DNA from: Oceanispirochaeta sp.
GTDB taxonomy: Bacteria > Spirochaetota > Spirochaetia > DSM-2461
Direction: 5' to 3'
Length of the DNA: 64,000 bases
NCBI GenBank assembly: GCA_963666275.2
Contig: CAXXOA010000001.1
Span: 704,001 to 768,000, forward strand
Below the pieces are notes generated by a model. That model saw nothing but the letters and a program-made list of their open reading frames with translations. It was not told the origin of the DNA and searched no databases. Positions 56,639-64,000 of the stretch are shown here, one piece after another (the stretch's first letter is position 1; every line of letters begins with the position of its first letter). The position numbers and the translations under genes were made by a program.

Positions 56639-59600
56639 GTGAAGATTCTCCCCGAGAACCTGTGGGAACAGAAACAATTTCAGTCTCATCTGCCCGAAGC
56701 CCGTGCCTTTCTGAAAGAGAACCGTGTTTATAATCTCAAAGTCAGAGAGGGGGAGCTGCGGGGGTATGTTCTGGGAGATGAACCCCTTCCCCGGGAAGTT
56801 CTGCTTCAGTACAGGGAGGAGAATAAAGGGGAGAACCGTATCTTCTGGAGCTGCGAATGCGGGGATGAAGAGTTCTGTGTTCACCTGGCGGCTCTGGTGC
56901 TGCGTATTGAGGGGCCGGGGCAGGAATTCGGTCCCTGGAAAACCAGACTGGCCTGTCCCGAGGGAGCCGCTGCTGTTTCGGGCAAGCCCTCCTATTCAGA
57001 CGATGGGGACGCCGATCTTTTCGGAGGAGATCTTTTTTCCGCCCCCGCTGTGACAGAGCGGGCTTCTTCCGCTCCTGCCGCGTCGGCTGACTATCAGGAT
57101 GATATCCCTCTCTTTCGGGATTTGAGCGAAGAGGACCTGCTCCTTCACCACGATCCTCCCCGGTATGATCTTATTTTTACTCTTTCCGTCTCCCGGGGGG
57201 AGGGAATTCTTGTCAGGCCGGCCCTTATCCGCCTGAGAGAGGGGGTTCGAAGCGGTAGTCTGGCCAGGTATAAAAGGGAGCGGCCGGTTTCTGTTCTGAG
57301 ACCCGAACAGCAGGATCTGCTGAACAGTCTCATGTCCACGGAAGAGGAAAGTCTTCCTCTGGAGGAGTGTCTCGGTGATGTGCTGAAACAGTCGGAGCTC
57401 TTTACCACAGCAAAAAGTATCCTTGAGGTCTACCATTCCTCCCGGGTTGAAATCTCTTTCCATTTTCAGGAACTCCTGGGAGATGACAGACCCTTATACT
57501 ATCCTGAGTACAGGTTTTTTCACGATCGGGGGGATGAAGCCATCACAGGCATGTCCGGAGGGCTCATTATCCGAGGAGGAAAGGTCTTCTATCTGGATGA
57601 GAAGAAAGCGATTCTGATCCTTCTGAAAGAGGACTCGAATGCCTCCTTTTTTCTGAACCTCCTTCAGTCCAAGAATCAGGGTTTTCTTGCCGCCGATATC
57701 AGAGGACTTCTGCGGCTGGGAAAGAGCCTTTCCGGTTCGGTTGTGGATATCTGTGAAGACTATCCCCCTGTTTCCATCAGAAAAGCGGATCCTGACATTG
57801 TCCTTAAAATGCGCAGCCGCCAGGACAGAACGGAGCTTTTTTTCTTTTTCCGGTACGGAAGTTCAGATGTGGCTTATCAGGATCCGGTCTACTGGCTGCC
57901 TCCGGGCGAACCGGAGGGGGCGGGCGTCCTGATCATTGAGAAGAGGAACAGGGAAAAAGAGTCGGAACTTGTCAAACAGGTTGTAGAAAAGTTTTCGGAT
58001 AATCTGAGTTTTGAAAAAGGCTATTACGCTCGGCTTGTCAATGAAAACAGGGACGGAGATCTCAGGCTGGATATGACTCTGGAAGAGTTTCTGGCCTCCT
58101 ATGCGCGCTCTCTCAAAGAGATCGGCGTGGAGCTGCAGCTGGAGGAGAGGAAGATCAGCTCTGCCGGAAACATCAGATTCAATGTGAAAGGAAAGACAGA
58201 CTGGCTGGAAGTGGATGCCATGATGGAAGATCCCGATACCCAGGAGCTGAAGTCCCTCTTTCTGGATGATCACTATCAGACTCTGGGACTTATCAGCACG
58301 GGAAGCAGCTACATTAAGCTCAACGAGCTCCAGCTGCGGCAGCTGGAGTATCTGCAGCGTCAGGGGATGGATGAAGAGGGGAAAATAAAAGTTTCTCCCT
58401 CAAATTTTTCTCTGGTTGACAGTATCTATGAACAGGTCATAGAAAAGGAGGGCTCTCCTATTGAGGATGCGGCTCTTCAGGCCAGGGAATTCCGGAATGC
58501 CTTCAACAGTGAAAATCTTTCTCCACCCGAAAGGATTAATGCCACTCTGCGTCCCTATCAGCTGAGCGGATATAACTGGCTCAGGACCCTTCACAACCTG
58601 GGCTACGCGGGCTGTCTGGCCGATGATATGGGGCTGGGAAAAACCCTGCAGACCCTCAGTCTGCTTCAGTCTCTTAAAGAGTCCGGAGATCTGCAGACCT
58701 CTCTCCTGGTCGCTCCCGTCGTGACTCTGGCCAACTGGGAAAGGGAAATGGACAAGTTTACTCCCGAACTCTCCTACTACAGACACGCCGGCAGTGAGCG
58801 CCACGATGATGCGGATCTGTTTGGCAGGTATGACCTTGTCATTGTCAGTTATCATACCCTCAGGAATGATGTGGATCTATTCCTGGACCGGGTATTTGAC
58901 TATATCATTCTGGATGAGGCCCATTATATAAAAAATGCCTCCTCCATTATTTTCAAGTCCATACGATCCCTGAAAAGCCGCCATAGACTCTCTCTGACGG
59001 GGACTCCCATCGAGAACAATACAATGGAGCTCTGGTCGCAGTTCAATTTTCTGAATTCAGGTCTGCTGGGTTCTCAGAAGGACTTTATAAGCCGCTTTGC
59101 CAATCCTATTGAGAAAAAGCAGGACAGGGTCGCTCTGGATCTTCTGAAGGAACGGGTTTCTCCCTTTATCCTGCGCCGGAAAAAAGAGGATGTCCTGGAT
59201 GACCTTCCTCCCAAGGAGATCATTGTCAATTATTGTGAAATGGGTGAGACCCAGTCGGCTCTCTATAACAAGTACAGAGATTACTACCGGGCCCGTGTGA
59301 AAGGGCTTCTCGATGAGAAGGGTGTCGCCGGATCCTCTATGGAAATCTTCCAGTTTATTCTTAAGCTCAGGCAGATCGCCATATTCCCGCCCATGTCGGG
59401 GAATGAAGGAAAATCTGTGGCTTCCTGTAAGATGGATGCTCTGTTCTCCCTGCTGGATGAAGTTCTGGAAGAGGACCACAAAATCCTGATTTTCTCCCAG
59501 TTCCTGGGGTCTCTCCGGGCTATGGAGGAGCACTGCCGGGTTCAGCACTGGGACTATTCTTTTATTACGGGACAGACTTCTGACCGGGAAGAGCAGATAA

Positions 59601-59929
59601 GACGGTTTCAGGAAGAGGAAGATGTGAAAGTCTTTCTCCTCAGCCTGAAAGCCGGAGGTGTGGGAATCAATCTCACGGCTGCGGATTACGTGGTCCTCTT
59701 TGATCCCTGGTGGAATCCGGCAGCAGAAAGACAGGCCATAGACAGGGCTCATAGAATGGGGCAGAAAAGGAAGGTCCTCTCCTATAAAATGATTGCCCGG
59801 GATACCATAGAAGAGAAGATCCTGAAAATGCAGGAAGAGAAAACAGCTCTGCTGGAGGGTGTTATATCTGAAGATTCCGGTTTCTTCGGATCTCTTCAGG
59901 AAGATGAGATCGTAGACTTATTCAATTAG
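56639..59929 (+). CDS. SWIM-domain SNF2 family helicase
   Basis: SCECGDEEFCVH (SWIM); LRPYQ, LADDMGLGKT, LDEAH, LTGTPIEN, QAIDRAHRMGQ. Confidence 0.93.
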   Translation: MKILPENLWEQKQFQSHLPEARAFLKENRVYNLKVREGELRGYVLGDEPLPREVLLQYREENKGENRIFWSCECGDEEFCVHLAALVLRIEGPGQEFGPWKTRLACPEGAAAVSGKPSYSDDGDADLFGGDLFSAPAVTERASSAPAASADYQDDIPLFRDLSEEDLLLHHDPPRYDLIFTLSVSRGEGILVRPALIRLREGVRSGSLARYKRERPVSVLRPEQQDLLNSLMSTEEESLPLEECLGDVLKQSELFTTAKSILEVYHSSRVEISFHFQELLGDDRPLYYPEYRFFHDRGDEAITGMSGGLIIRGGKVFYLDEKKAILILLKEDSNASFFLNLLQSKNQGFLAADIRGLLRLGKSLSGSVVDICEDYPPVSIRKADPDIVLKMRSRQDRTELFFFFRYGSSDVAYQDPVYWLPPGEPEGAGVLIIEKRNREKESELVKQVVEKFSDNLSFEKGYYARLVNENRDGDLRLDMTLEEFLASYARSLKEIGVELQLEERKISSAGNIRFNVKGKTDWLEVDAMMEDPDTQELKSLFLDDHYQTLGLISTGSSYIKLNELQLRQLEYLQRQGMDEEGKIKVSPSNFSLVDSIYEQVIEKEGSPIEDAALQAREFRNAFNSENLSPPERINATLRPYQLSGYNWLRTLHNLGYAGCLADDMGLGKTLQTLSLLQSLKESGDLQTSLLVAPVVTLANWEREMDKFTPELSYYRHAGSERHDDADLFGRYDLVIVSYHTLRNDVDLFLDRVFDYIILDEAHYIKNASSIIFKSIRSLKSRHRLSLTGTPIENNTMELWSQFNFLNSGLLGSQKDFISRFANPIEKKQDRVALDLLKERVSPFILRRKKEDVLDDLPPKEIIVNYCEMGETQSALYNKYRDYYRARVKGLLDEKGVAGSSMEIFQFILKLRQIAIFPPMSGNEGKSVASCKMDALFSLLDEVLEEDHKILIFSQFLGSLRAMEEHCRVQHWDYSFITGQTSDREEQIRRFQEEEDVKVFLLSLKAGGVGINLTAADYVVLFDPWWNPAAERQAIDRAHRMGQKRKVLSYKMIARDTIEEKILKMQEEKTALLEGVISEDSGFFGSLQEDEIVDLFN

Positions 59930-60009
59930 TGTGGATTGTTTCCCCAGTTCTCACAGAAAAAAAAAGCACCCTCCGGAGAGGATGCTGCTTTTATAAGTGA
60001 AAATGTCTC

Positions 60010-60399
60010 TTAGTTGTATTTGATGACAACACCGGAAACATGAGCTGTCGCGGGAGCATAGAGTCCCCAGGTCAGTCCGTTCAGGATCAGATCCACAACA
60101 GAGGCTTCATAACGGATCTCAACATTTACTGCTGCATCACCGGTATATTTCTGAATCTCTCTCTGGATCGCATCGTAAATTTCAGTATCCATGGCATCGG
60201 CACTGACATTAAGCAGGTTGGCACCGCCGGCTGATCCAAGAAATTCGTTCACTTTGATGGAAATATCAAAGTCTCCCACAGCTGAGTAGGAGGGGATCTC
60301 TTTGGTTACCTGAGCACCGGACATCTGAAATGTGGTACAGGATGTCAGAGCAACGGCAACAAGAAGCAGAAGCGCTGCAATTTTGACAGTATTTTTCAT
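60010..60399 (-). CDS. Small lipoprotein
   Basis: Lipobox ALTSC; SD GGAGAG. Confidence 0.75.
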   Translation of the reverse strand: MKNTVKIAALLLLVAVALTSCTTFQMSGAQVTKEIPSYSAVGDFDISIKVNEFLGSAGGANLLNVSADAMDTEIYDAIQREIQKYTGDAAVNVEIRYEASVVDLILNGLTWGLYAPATAHVSGVVIKYN

Positions 60400-60513
60400 T
60401 TTTTTCTCTCCATAAAATAAAATTCAATAAGATAAAATATAGGCTTATTTTCCGGGAATCACAAATAAAAAGCAATATCAATTCCAGAAAAAATAAACAT
60501 GTATATACGAAAT

Positions 60514-61008
60514 TTACATGTGTCTGCTTATGAATTTGACTATTATGGGCATCAGGACCACAACACAGATAATTCTGAGGGTATGCATAAGCGCCACGAT
60601 ATGGGCCTGTGCCCCGTAGGCTTCGGAAATGATGACAATGTTGGATAAACCACCGGGAGAAGAACTGAACAGCGCCGTCAGGAGGTCCATACCTGTCAAC
60701 CGGGAGATCAGCCAGCCCATAAGAAGGCTGAAAACCATCAGACCTGCCACCATAATAACCGCAGATACCATGACAGACCCCAGCCCTTTGATATTGGCCA
60801 TATTAAAGTTCAATCCGATCGCCGTGCCTATGGCAATCTGCAGGATGGTATTGACCTGGGGAGGAACATACCCAGCATCCGTAACCAGATTATATACAGC
60901 AGAAAAAAGCATCGCTCCGAAAAGGGAGCCCGCCGGGATTTTGAGTTTCATTCCCAGTATTCCGCCCAGTGTACCAATCAGTATTGTGGTGATAAATTTT
61001 ACCAGCAT
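60514..61008 (-). CDS. AbrB-family membrane protein (single repeat)
   Basis: KIPAGSLFGAM, QIAIGTAIG, TALFSSSPGGLS, MHTLRI. Confidence 0.82.
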   Translation of the reverse strand: MLVKFITTILIGTLGGILGMKLKIPAGSLFGAMLFSAVYNLVTDAGYVPPQVNTILQIAIGTAIGLNFNMANIKGLGSVMVSAVIMVAGLMVFSLLMGWLISRLTGMDLLTALFSSSPGGLSNIVIISEAYGAQAHIVALMHTLRIICVVVLMPIIVKFISRHM

Positions 61009-61092
61009 AGAGCAACCTCCGGTTTTTATGAGAGATAGATTTAAATCTCCCCTTTTTGGACCCGGGGAGAAAGGGGTAGGGATATCTTCGTG

Positions 61093-61476
61093 TTATCTGC
61101 TGATATGTTCCCGGACTTTCCTGAGAATGTCATCATTCCGGAAAGGTTTTTTTATAAACCCGATATGATCGGATTTCTCCAGTCCCTGCATATACTGCTC
61201 CTGAAAATATCCGGACATGAAAAGGATGTTAATATCAGGACAAATACTCTTTATCGCTTCATAACTGTTGATTCCGGACATTTCAGGCATGACCATATCC
61301 ATAATAATAAGGTTGAACAGGTCCGGATTCTTTTTGATCATAAACAGGGCTTCTTTTCCGTTTTCCACAGTGGTTACCTGGTAATCCTCTTTTGAAAGCA
61401 GTTCAAAAAGGAGGTCTCTCAGGATCGGTTCATCATCAACTAGGAGAATATTGAATGTATTATTTTTATCTGACAT
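61093..61476 (-). CDS. Stand-alone response regulator receiver protein
   Basis: ILLVDDE, IIMDMVMPEMSG, FMSGY, FIKKPF. Confidence 0.88.
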   Translation of the reverse strand: MSDKNNTFNILLVDDEPILRDLLFELLSKEDYQVTTVENGKEALFMIKKNPDLFNLIIMDMVMPEMSGINSYEAIKSICPDINILFMSGYFQEQYMQGLEKSDHIGFIKKPFRNDDILRKVREHISR

Positions 61477-61639
61477 GAACAGGGCTACCTCAATCCAGTA
61501 CAAAATTTATCTCAAAGGACAGTCATCTGTGATTGCCTTTTACCGTTTTGATTGGAGTTTTGCAAATCAAAACACGTTTATATCTTCCTTCTATTGTAAT
61601 ACTTTCTGCTCTTCTGGGGCATCCTTTTTTTTGAAAAAA

Positions 61640-62506
61640 CTACCTTTCGACACAGATCAGGCTCATCTGGGGAACCTTCAGACTTGCGGCAACTGGTTCG
61701 CATTTGGCCATAAACAGCAGAAACACATCCCGTCGATCCACAGTATTGAGGGTTTCATAATTTCCCTGTCCTTTGGAAATGACTAGATCGGAGTTGTAGA
61801 AATGTTCCCGGAATAGGGCTGATGTGGCTGAAAGAAGAGTTCCGGGAGTACTGTCTCCGTTGGAAATGACTTCAACAATTTTATCCAGGCCGCACTGCCG
61901 GGCATCTTCCATGGTGACATCGTTGATGATGGGAACTCCTCTCACGGCATAACGGATTGTTAATCCCGGATAATTTTCTTTCAGGTATTGAATGAACACT
62001 TTATCAAAGACAATCTCACCGCAGTTATCTCCCAGGTAGAGCAGTGTTTCCGCATTTTCCAGGGCGGATTTCAGCCTGCCGCTGTCATCTAGGAGTATGG
62101 GTTTTTCTTCTACAGTGGCCACCTGATTCAGAATGATGTCTCTGCTGATCCTGTGATGTGTACCGAAATCGATTATGTTTCCCGATATTGCCAGTTTCAA
62201 GGCTGTGATGAAGCTGTCCGGTCCTTTGCTGATCATCTCAGAAAGTTCGTCTTCCAGGTCGAGTATAATTGCGTTGTATTGTTTTTTTATCTCTCTGTAG
62301 GGGTCCTGGTTATCCATCTCTCTGTAGAGCATGGCGTAAAGATCTTTTGCCACCCCCGGAGGAGTGCCGGCCCAGGATGTGTCGGCGAGAAAACTCAGCG
62401 CTTTCCGGGTAAGGAGCTCATTGCGCTCCGGCGGAAGTTTGACAAGCTCTGTTGTTTTCTGGACCTGTTTCATAAGACAGGGAATACAGTCATTTGTAAT
62501 TATCAT
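61640..62506 (-). CDS. DUF89/ARMT1-like damage-control phosphatase
   Basis: CIPCLMKQ, DPYREIK, GNIIDFG, DNCGEIVFD, PIINDVT, SKGQGNYETL. Confidence 0.9.
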   Translation of the reverse strand: MIITNDCIPCLMKQVQKTTELVKLPPERNELLTRKALSFLADTSWAGTPPGVAKDLYAMLYREMDNQDPYREIKKQYNAIILDLEDELSEMISKGPDSFITALKLAISGNIIDFGTHHRISRDIILNQVATVEEKPILLDDSGRLKSALENAETLLYLGDNCGEIVFDKVFIQYLKENYPGLTIRYAVRGVPIINDVTMEDARQCGLDKIVEVISNGDSTPGTLLSATSALFREHFYNSDLVISKGQGNYETLNTVDRRDVFLLFMAKCEPVAASLKVPQMSLICVER

Positions 62507-62608
62507 TCTCTGAGTATAAATAGAAATGTAGGAATCATAAACGGGATTCCTCAGGAAAAAACGTTACAGAGATTGAATCATAGGAAAAAATAAACATAAT
62601 TATATACT

Positions 62609-62923
62609 ATGGAGCATACAGACCTTTTAGAAATAATAGTAGATAACAATTTTTCAGAGATGGAGATGGCAATTCATCCCAACGATGGAGAGGATCTTGA
62701 TCTATATACACTGGATCATAATCTGATTTTTTATTCGGGGAGTTCTCTGGAGAAATTCAAAAGCGGGGAAGGTCAGCTGGGCGAGGGGACTCTGCGTCTA
62801 CTTAATAACTGCCAGCTGGGAACTTTATCAATTTCCAGTTATCTACTGGGCCGTCTTCAGTATTGTGAAAAAGCCCTTCTGATCCGGGATAAAAATAAAC
62901 TGTTTGTCACCTATCGGGAATAA
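62609..62923 (+). CDS. Hypothetical protein
   Basis: 104-aa ORF filling the gap between divergent and convergent genes, followed by a terminator. Confidence 0.6.
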   Translation: MEHTDLLEIIVDNNFSEMEMAIHPNDGEDLDLYTLDHNLIFYSGSSLEKFKSGEGQLGEGTLRLLNNCQLGTLSISSYLLGRLQYCEKALLIRDKNKLFVTYRE

Positions 62924-62946
62924 CCCCCTGCAGACTGACTTGAAAT

Positions 62947-63000
62947 AAAAAAAGAGTTGCCATCCAGTGGTATGCACTGAAGAGGGACAACTCTTTTTTT
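62947..63000. terminator. Bidirectional terminator
   Basis: AAAAAAAGAGTTG...CAACTCTTTTTTT between convergent genes. Confidence 0.7.
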
Positions 63001-63020
63001 ATTGTCAGGACTATTTCCTT

Positions 63021-63878
63021 CTATCCTTTTACAGCACCCAGAGTTAAACCTTTCACAAGAGATTTCTGTGTTATCCAGCCCAGGATGACCGCTGGCAGGA
63101 CAGCTACCATTGAGGAGGCTGACAGCTGGGCCACAAACATCCCCTGCTGTTCCCTGAATCTTGCCATGTACACAGCCAGTGTGGCTGTATCATTACCTGT
63201 CAGGTTGAAGGCCAGAAAGAACTCATTCCAGACAAAAATGGCGACGAGAAGACCGGAAGATATAATCCCCGTTCTGACCAGAGGTAGAGCGATGGATATG
63301 AGCTGTTTGAAACGGGAGCATCCGTCGATTTCCGATGCCTCAATGATGGACTTGGGGACATCCGTAAAGAAGGAATGAAGCATCCATACCACTATGGGAA
63401 CATGAAATCCTATATAGGCAATCAGAAGTCCCAGAGGGGATTTGATCAGGTTGAATTTCTGATACCATGTATACAGGGGAATTATGACGGCAACCGGAGG
63501 AAGCAGGATTGTCGTAATGAACCACACATAGACATTCTCACCGGTTGTTTTCTTTTTAAACTTGCCGAACACGAGAGCGAAAGAAGCGGGGACCGCAAGA
63601 ACCAGGCAGAAAAACGTGGTAAAGAAAACCTGGAACAGGGAGTTTTTCAGATACCCGAACATGTTTTTATCACTGAGCACCATTTTGATGGTTTCCATGG
63701 TAGGTTTGAAAAAAAGCTTCGGCATGACCGCCTGGTGTTCTGTTTTAAAAGCAGACAGGAACATGTAGAGAATCGGTGAAAAGTAAAAAATGGCAATCCC
63801 GAAAATAAGGATTGTCAGGATTGTTGATTTTGTTCTTCGTTTTATCTTGTGCTTCTGTTCTATCGATAAATTACTCAT
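63021..63878 (-). CDS. Carbohydrate ABC transporter permease (MalG-like)
   Basis: EAA loop IIEASEIDGCS; WNEFFLA; ends LVKGLTLGAVKG. Confidence 0.92.
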   Translation of the reverse strand: MSNLSIEQKHKIKRRTKSTILTILIFGIAIFYFSPILYMFLSAFKTEHQAVMPKLFFKPTMETIKMVLSDKNMFGYLKNSLFQVFFTTFFCLVLAVPASFALVFGKFKKKTTGENVYVWFITTILLPPVAVIIPLYTWYQKFNLIKSPLGLLIAYIGFHVPIVVWMLHSFFTDVPKSIIEASEIDGCSRFKQLISIALPLVRTGIISSGLLVAIFVWNEFFLAFNLTGNDTATLAVYMARFREQQGMFVAQLSASSMVAVLPAVILGWITQKSLVKGLTLGAVKG

Positions 63879-63892
63879 TTTTTTCCTCTTTT

Positions 63893-64000
63893 TTATTCAA
63901 AAGCCGCTTTGCGTTTCCGGATCATCCTGTAAAGAACATTGACGGAAATCAGGGTAATAATAACAGTCATGGCAGCCAGAGCACCCGCACGGCCCACCTG
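63893..64000 (-). CDS. C-terminus of the upstream sugar ABC permease (partial)
   Basis: Minus strand reads QVGRAGALAAMTVIITLISVNVLYRMIRKRKAAFE*. Confidence 0.7.
   Translation of the reverse strand, partial: QVGRAGALAAMTVIITLISVNVLYRMIRKRKAAFE

Noticed and set aside
61500..61640. Hairpin GTTTTGATT...AATCAAAAC upstream of the receiver gene as a c-di-GMP riboswitch
   Set aside because: It lacks the GEMM two-stem and GNRA tetraloop/receptor pattern; it may be a terminator or operator.

Overview
About 64 kb of a bacterial chromosome, most likely a free-living spirochaete. This is inferred from the gene neighbourhood M23 peptidase-bactofilin-yaaR-PSP1, rpsT-HU-lnt, bactofilin-cinA-rho-rpmE and surE-TPR-NHL protein. 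It is mostly housekeeping DNA, with visibly AT-richer patches at about 1-2.2 kb, 13.6-15.9 kb and 60-64 kb. I recognised no rRNA, tRNA or CRISPR array. The standout is 2.3-13.6 kb. A translationally coupled operon runs cysD, cysN (with a degenerate APS-kinase domain), an archaeal-type cysteate synthase, a SulA/CapB-like alpha-oxoamine synthase and an Fe-S APS reductase. It reads as a self-contained route from sulfate to sulfite to cysteate to a capnine-type sulfonolipid, a lipid class I know from Bacteroidota. Next to it are a SulP transporter and a 1114-aa fusion of 2-oxoacid dehydrogenase E1alpha, E1beta, a lipoyl domain and FabH/KASIII. The fusion has no E2 catalytic domain and could hand branched-chain primers directly to fatty-acid initiation. 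Other points: a set of apparent leaderless promoters, a four-copy TetR operator, an EctR-like operator over a proU-type promoter, a 57-aa Zn-ribbon ORF before rpsT that the ORF track misses, a galactokinase-like protein lacking catalytic residues, two incomplete signalling proteins and a frameshifted betaine-binding protein. All family calls come from motif recognition by eye; no database searches were run.
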